A DNA stretch of 64,000 nt from an uncultured Chloroflexia bacterium (GTDB lineage Bacteria; Chloroflexota; Limnocylindria; QHBO01): the NCBI GenBank assembly GCA_963814375.1, contig CAWFCQ010000006.1:32001-96000 (forward strand), given 5' to 3'. The notes under the pieces are model-generated. The model was not told the DNA's origin, ran no database searches, and saw only the letters and a list, made by a program, of their open reading frames with translations. Positions 39,800-50,817 of the stretch are shown here, in pieces; the stretch's first letter is position 1, and each line of letters opens with the position of its first letter. The position numbers and the translations under genes are program-made.

Positions 39800-40768
39800 T
39801 CAGGCTCCCGGATCCTCGATGCCGGCCAGACGCACGACCGCCTGCCACAGGAACCGCCGATCGCGCTCGCTCACGCGGGTCATCGGCACGCGGTCGTACG
39901 GACGCGCGGCTCGATCGTGGACGAAAGCGCCGGCCAGATGGGCGATGTCCGGTTCGGTCGCGAGCCAAACGAGCGTGTCGACGCCTTCCAGAGGCGTGCG
40001 CAGGATCGGCTTCATCGTCCCGGCAAAGCCTGGCAGGGAGGCCGACAGTCCGGGCGTTGCCGCCCAGCCCGGATGCATCGACGCGAACGTGATCCCGCTT
40101 CCCCGCAGCCGGCGAGCCCATTCGCGGATCAGCATCACCTGCGCCCGCTTGGCGTGGGCGTAGACGCGCGGGCCGGAGAACGGCCTCTCTTCCCACAGGA
40201 GGTCGTCGAGGAGGAGCGCCTGTGTGTACATCCCGCCGGAGCTGACGGAGAGGACCCGCGACCCGGGCGTCGCGCGGAGGATGGGCAAGAGGCCCGCGAT
40301 CAGCGCGAATGGGCCGACGACCATCACCCCGAGCGTCGACTCGATCCCGTCGGCCGTGACCGTGCGCTCGGGGAACATCGCCCCGGCGTTGTCGATCACG
40401 ACGTCGATCCGCGCCTCGGTCCGAGAGATCTCGCCCGCAGCGCCGCGCACCGACGACAGCGACGACATGTCGGCCACCACCGTGGCGAACCGATCCTCTC
40501 CGTGACGGGCCAGCAGCGCCTCGTGGACGGCACCCAGCCGCTCGGGGCTGCGGCCAACGAGGATGACGCGGGCGCCAAGGCCCGCGAGCACATCGGTCGC
40601 CGCTCGTCCGAGGCCCGAGGTCGGGCCCGTTATCACCACGGTCTTTCCGCGCAATGCTCCCGGCTCCGCGGCGTGCCATCCGAACAAGTGCTGGCGCGCC
40701 CGGATCCCGATGTTCGAGAAGCTCCCGATGACCGTGATCTCGAGCGCCACATCGATCAGCTTTCGCAC
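39800..40768 (-). CDS. SDR family oxidoreductase (DHRS12-like)
   Basis: ITGPTSGLG, DNAG, SSGGMY, YAHAKR, MHPGW..TPG. Confidence 0.9.
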   Translation of the reverse strand: MRKLIDVALEITVIGSFSNIGIRARQHLFGWHAAEPGALRGKTVVITGPTSGLGRAATDVLAGLGARVILVGRSPERLGAVHEALLARHGEDRFATVVADMSSLSSVRGAAGEISRTEARIDVVIDNAGAMFPERTVTADGIESTLGVMVVGPFALIAGLLPILRATPGSRVLSVSSGGMYTQALLLDDLLWEERPFSGPRVYAHAKRAQVMLIREWARRLRGSGITFASMHPGWAATPGLSASLPGFAGTMKPILRTPLEGVDTLVWLATEPDIAHLAGAFVHDRAARPYDRVPMTRVSERDRRFLWQAVVRLAGIEDPGA

Positions 40769-40803
40769 CCGCCCATCTTGCCCGCAATTGCCCGGAGGCA
40801 CAT

Positions 40804-41262
40804 GTGACCCGCCTGAACGAACGCATTCGCACGCGCCTTCCGATCGAGGAGGCATTCAGCTACCTGGCGGACTTCGCCAACTCGGAGGAGTGGGATCCGG
40901 GTACCGCGACCGCGGCGCGCATCGGGTCGGGCCCGGTCGGCGTCGGTTCTCGCTACGAGCTCGGTGTCCGGCAGGGCGATCGCGTCGTGCCGATGGAATA
41001 CCGGATCACCGTGCACGAGCCGCCAAGGCGCGTCGTGCTGGTCGGCTCCGGTTCGGGCATCGAGGCGACCGACGAGATCCGGTTCGAACGCGATGGCGAC
41101 GAGACCATCGTCGACTACACCGCCGATATTCGGCTCACGGGGCTCCTGAGGCTCGTTCAGCCCTTCCTGGGAGGCACGTTCCGAAAGATCGCCCAGGATG
41201 CGTCTGACGGGATCGAGCGCACGCTGGCGTCGCGGGCGGCAGGGCTCGAGGGCGGATCATGA
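40804..41262 (+). CDS. SRPBCC family protein
   Basis: F.YLADF.N..EWDPG; GGAGG RBS. Confidence 0.85.
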   Translation: MTRLNERIRTRLPIEEAFSYLADFANSEEWDPGTATAARIGSGPVGVGSRYELGVRQGDRVVPMEYRITVHEPPRRVVLVGSGSGIEATDEIRFERDGDETIVDYTADIRLTGLLRLVQPFLGGTFRKIAQDASDGIERTLASRAAGLEGGS

Positions 41263-42543
41263 GGGTGGGGATCATCGGCTCGGGAGTCGGCGGACTGACC
41301 GCCGCCTACGCGCTGCACCGCGACGGCCACGACATCCGGCTGTTCGAGGGCGAGCCCGCGCCGGGCGGCCACGTCAAGACGGTCGAGGTGGACACGCCCG
41401 CGGGGCGCCTGGGGATCGACACCGGCTTCATCGTATACAACGAACGGACGTATCCCCGCTTCGTCGCCCTCCTCGCCGAGCTGGGGGTGGCGACGCAGCC
41501 CAGCGACATGTCGCTCGGCGCTTCGTGCAGCGCGTGCGACCTCGAGTGGAGCACTCGCGGCCTGCGCGGCTACTTCGCCCCACCCGCTTCGCTGGCGAGC
41601 CCGGGTCACTGGGGCATGCTCAATGACCTGCTGCGGTTCTATCGGGAGGCGCGTCGGCGACTCGACGCGATGCCGGCGCTGGAATCGACGACCACCCTCG
41701 GAGCATTTCTCGACGCGCATGGCTATCGGACCGCGTTCCGCAGCCACTTCATCCTGCCGCTCACGTCGGCCGTCTGGTCGACCGCCGCGAATCGGATCCT
41801 CGACTTCCCGGTCGACTACCTGCTCCGGTTCCTCGATCATCACGGCCTGATCGGCCACGGCAATGACCTCCAGTGGCGGACCGTCTCGGGCGGGTCGATG
41901 CGCTACGTCGACCGCATCCTCGCGGCCCTGCCCGTCCGCGGAGTGCGCAGCGGCGACCCGGTGGTGGACGTCGCCAGGAGATCGTCCGGATGCATGGTGC
42001 GCACCGCCTCAGGGCATGCGGAGGCGTTCGATGCGGTCGTCCTCGCGACCCACGCCGACGACGCCCTCTCCCTCCTCCACGACGGCGACGCCCGCGAGCG
42101 AGCTGCCCTGGGCGGGTTCGAGTACACGACGAATGATGTCGTCCTCCACACCGATGCGAGCCTGCTTCCGCGACGCCGAAGGGCGCGCGCATCGTGGAAC
42201 GTCGACCAGACCGACTGCCGCGTGCCGGGCGAGCGGCTCACGATGACGTATCACATGAACCGCCTACAGTCGTTACCGGGCGACACTCGAGTACTGCACC
42301 TCGGTCAACCCCGACCGGGACCGCCTGGACCCCGCCACGATCCTCGCGGAGCGCGCGATGCGCCACCCGCTCTACACCTTCCGAACGCTCCGGGCGCAGG
42401 CCGACGTCGAGGCGATCCAGGGTTGGCGGAACACCTTCTATGCCGGAGCCCACCTCGGGTACGGATTCCACGAGGACGGCTGCCGATCCGGCTTCGCCGC
42501 CGCCGAGATGATCGCGGCCGATGCAGCGGCGGCGGCCGCATGA
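41259..42543 (+). CDS. FAD-dependent oxidoreductase (cfa-associated desaturase-like), frameshift near 42290
   Basis: [27 protein letters not shown]; C-terminus HP.Y...GYGFHEDG in shifted frame. Confidence 0.85.
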
Positions 42544-43281
42544 GATCCCATCTCCTCGAGGGCAAGGTTCGGCACCGCCGCGCGAAGCCGTTCACCTACG
42601 CGCTCGAGCACGACGTCTTCTATCTCGGCCTCGATCTCGATGAGCTCGACGAGGTCCCGCGGCGGGTGCGGATCGTCGGCCGAAATCGCCCGAACCTGCT
42701 CACGTTCCGGGACGCGGACCATCTCGATCCGCCGGCGGAGGATCTCGCGGCATCGGTTCGCGACCATCTTCGCGACGCCGGAGAGCGGCCCGAAGGATGG
42801 CGCATCACGCTCGTCACCAATCTGCGTGTCCTCGGCTATGTCTTCAATCCCGCAAGCTTCTACCTGTGCCGCGACCTGGACGGCGTCCTGCGCGTGGTGA
42901 TCGTGGAGGTCCACAACACGCATGGCGAGCGGCACCTCTACACGCTGCGTCCGCAGCACTCAGGAGCGCACTTCACCTCGTCCATGGAGAAGAGGCTTCT
43001 ACGTCTCTCCGTTCATCGACGCAGCCGGCAGCTACACCGTGCGGGTCCGGGACGAGGCGCAGCGTCTCCGGATCACGATCAACGAGGAGAGCGAGGGATC
43101 GCTCCAGCTCCACACCAGCGTCGATTTGGCCAGACGCCGCTTGAGCTCGCGCGCCGTGGCAGGCATGTTGCTTCGGCACCCGTTCGTGACGCACAAGACG
43201 ATAGGCCTGATCCATCTCCACGCCCTGCGCCTGTGGCGCCGCGGTGCGCGATTCCAACGCCACGGGCAGGCAGCATCGTGA
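42540..43281 (+). CDS. DUF1365 protein, frameshift near 42990
   Basis: G.V.H.R..P, GYVFNP.SFY.C, EV.NT.GERH; FYVSPF...IH..AL.LW in shifted frame. Confidence 0.85.
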
Positions 43282-44522
43282 CCTCGGCTGCGTCCACCAA
43301 CCGGGTCGGCCGCGTTGCGGTGCCGGTCCTGGCGCATTCGGCGGAGCGCGCGCTCCTCGCAGCCGCCTCGAAGATTCGAATCGGCCGCCTCGAGGTCACG
43401 CTTCCGGACGGCTCGCGGCAGGCGTTCGGGGACGCCGAGGCGATCCAGCGGGGCGAGATCCATCTCCACGACCGCGCCGCCTATCTGCGGATGCTCATCG
43501 GCGGCGAGACCGGGGCCGGAGAGGCGTATGTCGACGGTCTCTGGTCGAGCCCGGACCTGCCCGCGCTCCTCCGCGTCGCGGCCCGCAACCGGGATGCGCT
43601 CGCGCTCTCGACGGGGCTGCTTCGAGCGCCGGACCAGCTGCGTCGAACGATCGCCCATCGGCTCCGGCGCAACACGAGATCGAACGCCCGACGCAACATC
43701 AGCGCCCATTACGACCTGGGCAACGACTTCTATCGCCTCTGGCTGGACGAGACGATGACCTACTCGAGCGCCGTCTTCGATTCACCGGACCAGTCCCTGG
43801 CCGATGCCCAGCGCAACAAGTACCGGCTGATCGCCGAGGGTGCCGGCCTGCGGCCGGGCTCGCATGTCCTGGAGATCGGGTCGGGGTGGGGCGGCTTCGC
43901 CCTCTACGCCGCCGGTGAGCTCGGTTGCCGGGTCACATCGATCACGATCTCGCGCGAGCAGGCGGACCTCGCACGTGCTCGGGTCCGCGCGGCCGGGTTG
44001 GCCGACCGGGTCGAGATCCAGCTGCGCGACTACCGCGACATCGAGGGCACCTACGACGCCGTGGTCTCGATCGAGATGCTCGAGGCAGTCGGCGCCGAGT
44101 ACTTCGCGGCATTCTTCCTCGCCTGCAGCCGCGCCCTGACCCCGGGGGGTCGCCTCAGCATCCAGACGATCACGGTCCCGGACGTCGGCTATCGCAGGCA
44201 GGTGAGCGGGGCGAACTGGATCCAGAGGTACATCTTCCCGGGCGGGGCCCTGCCTTCGCTGGCCGCCATCGAACGCTCGCTCCACGGCACCGGCTTCGTC
44301 GTCACCGGCGTGCGGGACATCGCGGCGGACTATGTGCGAACGCTCCGCGCCTGGCGATCGGCCTTCATGGCCCGGCGCGACGACGTCGTTGCGATGGGCT
44401 TCGACGACCGATTCATCAGGACCTGGGACTACTACCTCGCCCTCAGCGAGGCCGGCTTTGCGACGGGCGTGACGCAGGACCTTCAGATCGTGCTGGAGAA
44501 GCGCCTGGCCGCCAACGGCTGA
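43278..44522 (+). CDS. cfa: Cyclopropane-fatty-acyl-phospholipid synthase family methyltransferase
   Basis: [40 protein letters not shown]. Confidence 0.92.
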   Translation: MTSAASTNRVGRVAVPVLAHSAERALLAAASKIRIGRLEVTLPDGSRQAFGDAEAIQRGEIHLHDRAAYLRMLIGGETGAGEAYVDGLWSSPDLPALLRVAARNRDALALSTGLLRAPDQLRRTIAHRLRRNTRSNARRNISAHYDLGNDFYRLWLDETMTYSSAVFDSPDQSLADAQRNKYRLIAEGAGLRPGSHVLEIGSGWGGFALYAAGELGCRVTSITISREQADLARARVRAAGLADRVEIQLRDYRDIEGTYDAVVSIEMLEAVGAEYFAAFFLACSRALTPGGRLSIQTITVPDVGYRRQVSGANWIQRYIFPGGALPSLAAIERSLHGTGFVVTGVRDIAADYVRTLRAWRSAFMARRDDVVAMGFDDRFIRTWDYYLALSEAGFATGVTQDLQIVLEKRLAANG

Positions 44523-44578
44523 CGCTCGGACCGTAGGCGCAGCGGCGTCTACAGATAACCCATCGGTAGAATCGGCCG

Positions 44579-45605
44579 GTGACCAAGCGCATCGGGTTCC
44601 TGTCGTTCGGGCACTGGTCGGACTCGGCCTATTCGCAGGTCCGTTCGGCGTCGGATGCACTGACCCAGTCGATCGAGCTGGCGGTCGCGGCAGAGGAGCT
44701 CGGCGCCGACGGCGCCTACTTCCGCGTCCACCACTTTGCCCGCCAGCTTGCGTCCCCTTTCCCGCTGCTGGCGGCAGTGGGCGCGCGCACCAGCCGGATC
44801 GAGATGGGCACCGCGGTCGTCGACATGCGCTACGAGAACCCCTTCTACATGGCCGAGGACGCCGGCGCGGCCGACGTCATTGCCGGCGGGCGGCTCCAGC
44901 TCGGCATCAGCCGCGGGTCGCCCGAGCAGGTGATCGACGGCTTCCGCCACTTCGGCTACGTCCCGGGTGAGGGCGAGACCGATGCCGACATGGCCCGCCG
45001 CCACGCCGAGGTCTTCCTCGAGCTCCTCAAGGGCGAGGGTTTCGCCGAGCCGAACCCGCAGACCGATGTTCCCCAACCCGCCGGGCCTCCTCCGCCTCGA
45101 GCCCCACGCGCCCGGGCTCCGAGAGCGAATCTGGTGGGGAGCCGCCTCGATCGCCACGGCCGAATGGGCGGCCAGGCTCGGCATGAACATCCAGAGCTCG
45201 ACGCTGGTGTTCGACGAGAGTGGCGAGCCGTTGCACGTCCAGCAGCGCCGCCAGATCGATGCGTATCGCGCGGCCTGGAAGGAGGCCGGCCACGCGCGCG
45301 AGCCGCGCGTGTCGGTCAGCCGCAGCATCTTCGCCATCGTGGACGACCGTGATCGCGCCTACTTCGGCCGCGGACAGCAGGAGCACGACCAGATCGGCTA
45401 CCTCGACGAGCAGACCCGGGCGATCTTCGGCCGCTCCTACGCAGCCGAGCCCGACGTCCTCGTCCGCGAGCTTGCCAAGGACACCGCGATCGCGGCCGCC
45501 GACACGCTGCTCCTCACCGTCCCGAACCAGCTCGGCGTCGACTACAACGCCCACGCCATCGAGAGCATCCTGAAGCACGTGGCTCCCGAGCTCAGCTGGC
45601 GCTGA
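44579..45605 (+). CDS. LLM-class flavin-dependent oxidoreductase, frameshift near 45060
   Basis: IGFLSFGHW, AYFRVHHF, GRLQLGISRG; continues IWWG...PNQLG. Confidence 0.85.
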
Positions 45606-46396
45606 TGGGTCCCCGGCGACCACGCTCCGCAGCGGCCGGCGAGACGAGCTGGGAGCGGGTGGCGACCTGGTACGACGGCTGGGTCGGCGACCGCGGCTCG
45701 GCGTACCACCGGCAGCTCGCGATCCCGGCGGTGCTCGATCTGCTCCAGCCGGAGCACGACGAGGAGGTCCTCGACATCGGCGGCGGCCAAGGGGTTCTGG
45801 CGACGTACCTGGCCGATGCGGGCGCGTCGGTCACGGTCTTGGACGCATCGGCGAAGCTCATCTCCGCCGCGAAGCGGCGGCATCGGTCCGTGCGCGGCGC
45901 GCGCTTCCTCGTCGGTGATGCTCGTCGCCTTCAGGCGGTCGCTGACCTACAGGCGGGCAGCTTCGACGCGGCCGTCTTCCTCCTCTCGATCCAGGACATG
46001 GACCCGCTCGATGATGTGGTCGCCGGGGTCGACTGGGCGCTGAAGCCCGTGTCCCGGGTCGTGATGCTGATGACGCATCCGGCGTTCCGTCAGCCTCGGC
46101 ACTCGGGCTGGGGCATCGATGAGGGCCGCAAGCTCACCTTTCGGCGCATCGACGGCTATCTCGGCGAGATGGCGGTCCCGATGAAGTCGCTCGGCGGAGG
46201 GCCGCCCACGCGGTCTTTCCATCGGCCGATCAGCACCTACGTCAACGCCCTCGCCGAGGCTGGCTTCGCGACCGATGCGATGCTCGAGGTCCCCGACCTG
46301 CCGCCCGACCGCCGGCCGGGGCGTGCAGCGCGAGGCGATGCGCGCGCAAACGCCGAGATCCCGATCTTCCTCGGGCTGCGCGCCGTCCGGGCCTGA
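45605..46396 (+). CDS. Class I SAM-dependent methyltransferase
   Basis: VLDIGGGQG, HP.FR.PR.SGW, FHRP...Y. Confidence 0.85.
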   Translation: MGPRRPRSAAAGETSWERVATWYDGWVGDRGSAYHRQLAIPAVLDLLQPEHDEEVLDIGGGQGVLATYLADAGASVTVLDASAKLISAAKRRHRSVRGARFLVGDARRLQAVADLQAGSFDAAVFLLSIQDMDPLDDVVAGVDWALKPVSRVVMLMTHPAFRQPRHSGWGIDEGRKLTFRRIDGYLGEMAVPMKSLGGGPPTRSFHRPISTYVNALAEAGFATDAMLEVPDLPPDRRPGRAARGDARANAEIPIFLGLRAVRA

Positions 46397-46471
46397 CGCC
46401 GCGGGCGCATCAGGCGGATTCGGGGCAGAATGCGCCTCCGCGTGCCCTCCTCCGTATCACAGGACAGACCG

Positions 46472-47797
46472 ATGACTGCCACCCCGACCCCTCGACGCTC
46501 GCCCGTCGCCAGCGCCCTCCTGCTGCTTGCGGTGCTGCTGCTGTTCGGCGCTGCCACTTTCGTGGCCGGGCTGGCCGTCGCTGGTAGCGATGCCGGTGTC
46601 GGTGGCGCGCCGTCGGTTTCGGCGGATCCGACGGTGGCGGTGCCGTCGCAGGCGGAGACCCCGGGCGCGACGCCGGTGCTCGAGACCATCTCATGCGCGG
46701 AGCCGTCGGAGGCCTTCGCCGTCCTGTGCGAGACCTACGCGCGCATCAAGAGCGACTTCGTCGACGAGGTGACGGACGAGGATCTCGTCGACGGGGCGGT
46801 GCGGGGGATGATCGAGTTCGGGCTCGAGGACCCGTACTCGGGCTACCTGCCTCCTGAGCAGTACGGATCCGCCCTCGACGATCTCTCGGGCGAGTTCAGC
46901 GGCATCGGCGCAGAGGTGGGGATGGAGAATCTGACCGATCCGGAGGATCTCGCCTCGTGCACGGTGGTGACGGCGAACTGCGCGATGGTCATCGTCGCGC
47001 CGCTGGACGGGTCTCCGGCCGAGGCGGCCGGGCTGCGCCCGGGCGACCAGATCCTTGCGATCGACGGCACGTCCACCACCGGTGAGTCGGTGAGCTCCCT
47101 CGTGTACGTCGTGCGAGGGGAGGCCGGCACGGACGTCACGCTGACGATCCGCCGCGGCGACGAGGAAAGCGACATCACCGTCACCCGGGCGGTCATCAAC
47201 CTGGAGGAGGTCAGCTCAGAGCTGCTCGATGACGGCGTCGGCTACCTTCGACTGAGCTCGTTCACTGATCGGGCGAGCGGCCTCTTCTCCGACGCCCTCG
47301 CGTCGCTGCTCGACCAGGGGGCGACCTCCATCGCCTTCGACCTGCGCGGCAATCCGGGCGGCTACATCGTTGCGGCGCAGGGCATCGGCTCGCAGTTCGT
47401 GCCAGAGGGCGAGCTGCTCTTCACGGTCGAGTCCGGCGACGATGTCCAGGAGTGGCGGTCTGAGAGCGGCATCCTCCAGAACGACGTGCCGGTGGCGGTC
47501 CTCGTCGACGGCGGGTCGGCATCGGCCTCCGAGATCGTGGCGGCCGCGCTCCAGGAGCACGATCGCGCGACGATCGTCGGTGAGCCGACCTTCGGCAAGA
47601 ACACGGTCCAGATCTGGAGCGAGCTGCCGAATGGCGGCGGGCTTCGCCTCACCACCGACCGATGGTTCACCCCCGAGCACAACTCGGTGGCGCCCGACGG
47701 GGTTCAGCCCGACGTCGATGTCGCCTCACCCGCCGATCCAACCGGCGACGAGGACCCCCAGCTCGACCGGGCGATCGAGATCTTGCTCGAGGGCTGA
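46472..47797 (+). CDS. S41 carboxyl-terminal processing protease (PDZ)
   Basis: DPYS.Y, GIG, DLRGNPGG, SASASEI, TFGK. Confidence 0.92.
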   Translation: MTATPTPRRSPVASALLLLAVLLLFGAATFVAGLAVAGSDAGVGGAPSVSADPTVAVPSQAETPGATPVLETISCAEPSEAFAVLCETYARIKSDFVDEVTDEDLVDGAVRGMIEFGLEDPYSGYLPPEQYGSALDDLSGEFSGIGAEVGMENLTDPEDLASCTVVTANCAMVIVAPLDGSPAEAAGLRPGDQILAIDGTSTTGESVSSLVYVVRGEAGTDVTLTIRRGDEESDITVTRAVINLEEVSSELLDDGVGYLRLSSFTDRASGLFSDALASLLDQGATSIAFDLRGNPGGYIVAAQGIGSQFVPEGELLFTVESGDDVQEWRSESGILQNDVPVAVLVDGGSASASEIVAAALQEHDRATIVGEPTFGKNTVQIWSELPNGGGLRLTTDRWFTPEHNSVAPDGVQPDVDVASPADPTGDEDPQLDRAIEILLEG

Positions 47798-47810
47798 TTC
47801 ACGCGCGCCG

Positions 47811-47927
47811 ACCGATAGATCGGTCAGGATTTCACTCAAGCGCCGGTTCCCGCGTCTCCCGATCCGATATATCGGCCGATTCTTCTCAGGAACGGCCCTT
47901 GGCGTGAAGAATTGCCCGATCTATCGG
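47811..47927 (-). repeat. Palindrome-array element, copy 3 (B module only, inverted)
   Basis: accgatagatcggt 47811, ccgatatatcgg 47864, ccgatctatcgg 47916; spacers match reverse complement of copies 1 and 2. Confidence 0.85.
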
Positions 47928-47939
47928 ACCCGCGGCGGA

Positions 47940-48911
47940 TCAGCCGCTCAGGATTCGGACGTACAGCTCGGGGTCCACGTTTCCGCCGCTGATCACGACC
48001 ACCCGCGCGTCGTCGCCGGCGGTCCGCGGGACCGAGCCCGCGAGGTGGGCGCCCATGGCGGCGGCGCCGGACGGCTCGACGACGAGGCGCGCTCGGCGGG
48101 CGAGCTGGCGCATGGCCTCGGCCATCTCCTGCTCGGCGACGGTGACGATCCCGTCCATGAAGCGACGCAGATGCTCGAACGGGAGTGGGCCGAGCGAGTT
48201 CGTGCGCAGACCATCGGCCATCGTTCGGCCGGTCTGCTCCGCGGTCCAGGTCACGAGCCGGCCCGACTCGAGCGACTCCTTCGCATCGGCCGCCAGCTCC
48301 GGCTCGACGCCGATGACCCGCGCGGCCGGCACGAGCGCCTTGATCGCCGTCGCGACGCCGGCCGACAGCCCTCCGCCGGAGGTCGGGATGACGACGCTGG
48401 TGACGCCGGGAAGGTCCTCGGCGATCTCGAGTCCGCAGGTGCCCTGGCCGGCGATGATGGCCGGGTCGTCGTACGGCTCGACCATGACCAGACCGCGCTC
48501 CTCGACCAGCCGCAGTGCCAGGACGTGGCGTTCTTCCGAGTCCATGCCGGTGAACTGGATCTCGGCACCATCGGCCTGGACGCCCTCGATCTTGATGCGC
48601 GGCGCGTCCCGAGGCATGCAGATGACGGCCTGGGCGCCGAGCAGGCGGGCGGCACGCGCCACAGCCTGGGCGTGGTTGCCGGACGAGTAGGTGACGACTC
48701 CGCGGGCACGCTCGGCATCGGTCAGCGAGGCGATCTTGTTGTAGGCGCCGCGCATCTTGAAGGCGCCGACGGGCTGGAGCGACTCCGGCTTCAGCCACGT
48801 CGTGTCGTCCCAGCGCAGGAGCGGGGTGCGGGTGGCGACGCCGCGGATGCGCTCGGCAGCCTCGCGGATCTCATCGATCGAGACGATGTGCGGCTCGATG
48901 GTGGTGCTCAC
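47940..48911 (-). CDS. Threonine/serine dehydratase (PLP, fold type II)
   Basis: K.E.LQ..GAFK.RGA, SSGNHAQ, GQGT, GGGL, EPSGA, SGGN. Confidence 0.92.
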   Translation of the reverse strand: MSTTIEPHIVSIDEIREAAERIRGVATRTPLLRWDDTTWLKPESLQPVGAFKMRGAYNKIASLTDAERARGVVTYSSGNHAQAVARAARLLGAQAVICMPRDAPRIKIEGVQADGAEIQFTGMDSEERHVLALRLVEERGLVMVEPYDDPAIIAGQGTCGLEIAEDLPGVTSVVIPTSGGGLSAGVATAIKALVPAARVIGVEPELAADAKESLESGRLVTWTAEQTGRTMADGLRTNSLGPLPFEHLRRFMDGIVTVAEQEMAEAMRQLARRARLVVEPSGAAAMGAHLAGSVPRTAGDDARVVVISGGNVDPELYVRILSG

Positions 48912-48969
48912 GGGCCGATGCTAGCGCCTGGCCTCACGAGACGGGGCAGGACGGAGTCAGGCGCCGGGC

Positions 48970-50096
48970 TTATCCGTCGGTGCGGGCGATCCGGTAGATG
49001 AAGCCGGACTTGTCGTCGCTCACGTAGAGCGCGCCGTCGGAGCCAACGGCCAGGCCGGCCGGGCGGCCGAGCGCCACGTCGGCATCGTCGGGCAGGAAGC
49101 CGGTCGCGAAAGGCTCCGGATCGCCGGCCGGCGCGCCGTCCCACGGCAGCCACCACACGGCATAGCCGACCTTGACCGACGAGTTCCACGAGCCGTGCAG
49201 GGCCACGACGAGGTGGTCCTCCCAGCCGACGAGTGCGAGCGGGGCGGTGTGTGGGGGAAACGTCGCGGCCGGAGCCGCGACGCCGGAGCATGCCTCGGCC
49301 CCGGTTCCGAACTCGGGGTCGGCAGCGAGCCCGCGTGGCAGCGCGGCCAGCCGGCATCGGCGCCCTCGATCAGCTCGTAGACCGTCTCGGGCGGCCGGTC
49401 GTCGCCGAGCATGTCGCGACCCATGTTCGTCGCCCACGCCCGCCCGGTGTCGTCGTCGACCCAGATGCCGACGGCGTTGCGCAGCCCGACCATGTACGGG
49501 CTGAGGCCCGAGGTCGTCAGCGCCTGGACGGTGGCGCGGCGGTCGTCCTCCTCCTCGCACACGTTGCAGGAGGAGCCGATGGACAGGAGGATCGTCCCGT
49601 CGCCCAGGACCTCGACGGTCTTCGTGCTGTGGCCGCCGACGGGGAGGTTCCCGTAGAGGACGGCGCGATCGGCCTCCACGAGTCCATCGAGCGCAACGGT
49701 GTAGAGCGCCGACTCAGCAGCGACGAGGAGATCACCTCCGAGGCCGAACTCGATGTCGTGAGCGCCGCCGTAGCCGGCTCCGACCTCGACCACCTCGTCG
49801 GCGCGACCGTCACCGTCCGCGTCCGGAAGTGCGACCACTCGGTCCGCTCCTCGCTCGGCCACGTACAGGACGCCCTCCGGCGAGACAGCCATGAACCGCG
49901 GGCCGGCCAGCCCGCTGGCGAAGACCGATGCCTCGAACCCGTCCGGGACGACAAGCGCCGCCTCACCGCCGCCGGGCAGGTCGAAGCTGACGCCAAGAAG
50001 CCGGCCGAAGATCTGGTTCCGAAAGAGCAGGGCGCCGCCACCCAGCACGAGTAGCGCGACGATGCCGAAGAGCGCGAGGTTACGAGTGCGGCGCAT
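48970..50096 (-). CDS. PQQ-dependent sugar/sorbosone dehydrogenase family, frameshift near 49320
   Basis: GSSCN.C.E, GLRNAVG; H.APL, HGSWN, GRP, LYVSDD in shifted frame. Confidence 0.85.
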
Positions 50097-50119
50097 GCAT
50101 CGAGTGGATCCCTGCGTTT

Positions 50120-50392
50120 CTACAACGGCTGCGGTTGCACGAAGAACGCGAAGACGATCACGAGCACGACAATGACCGTCAGCCAGATCCGACCGGGGAC
50201 GCGTCCGAGCAGGCCAGGGTCGACCGGCCGCTCAGCGTCGATCTGCCTCGCGGCGTGGATCTCGGGCATCTGATCCGCGCCGAAGGCCGCACCGCCGACC
50301 GCGACGTCGTCCGCCAGCCGTTGAACTTTCGAGCGTTTCCGCGTGTGGCTCTCAGGTGCGGCGGGTACCTCGAGCAAATTCGGATCAGTCAT
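50120..50392 (-). CDS. Small hypothetical protein with C-terminal TM
   Basis: 90-aa ORF between co-oriented genes. Confidence 0.5.
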   Translation of the reverse strand: MTDPNLLEVPAAPESHTRKRSKVQRLADDVAVGGAAFGADQMPEIHAARQIDAERPVDPGLLGRVPGRIWLTVIVVLVIVFAFFVQPQPL

Positions 50393-50410
50393 CGGTCCGA
50401 AGGCGGCGAG

Positions 50411-50797
50411 TCAGCGTGGCGGTTTCGTCGTTGAAAAGCCGAGATATCGTCCGGCCGGATCGGTGAACGCCGACCACCAGCCCATGTCTCCGCCAATCTC
50501 GGACCGCGGCGTCAGGACGGTGCCTCCCGCGGCGGTCACCCGGTCGAGCGCGGCCTCCATGTCATCGGTGCTGAAGGTGATCCGAACGCCATTCCCCAGC
50601 TCCGCGGCAGACGCCTTGAAGATGCCGCCGAGCATGTTGCCGTCCGGGCCGAGGGCCGCGAAGTAGTCGTCGCCGAACGGGCTGAACGTCCAACCGAACA
50701 CCTCACCGTAGAAGCGCTGCGCGTCGTCCAGATCGGGGACCGGGATTTCCCACCAGTCCATCCTGGTGATGACCGCTTCGGTGATTGCGCCTGTCAT
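50411..50797 (-). CDS. VOC family protein
   Basis: W.EI...D.....FY..VFGW, GG.V, F.DP.G; GGGGAGG RBS. Confidence 0.85.
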   Translation of the reverse strand: MTGAITEAVITRMDWWEIPVPDLDDAQRFYGEVFGWTFSPFGDDYFAALGPDGNMLGGIFKASAAELGNGVRITFSTDDMEAALDRVTAAGGTVLTPRSEIGGDMGWWSAFTDPAGRYLGFSTTKPPR

Positions 50798-50817
50798 GTG
50801 CCTCCCCGTATCTCGAA

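Noticed and set aside
39761-40807. 348-aa ORF antisense to the SDR, starting just after the TnnACA promoter and ending on the SRPBCC start
   Set aside because: Arg/Pro-rich shadow-frame composition typical of high-GC antisense frames, with no motif. Translational coupling cannot be excluded but is unsupported.
41259-44522. 1087-aa oxidoreductase-DUF1365-Cfa fusion ORF
   Set aside because: Two +1 indels bypass the stops at the ATGA and GTGA overlaps. The conserved C-termini (GFHEDG; FYVSPF) lie in another frame, so these are three genes.
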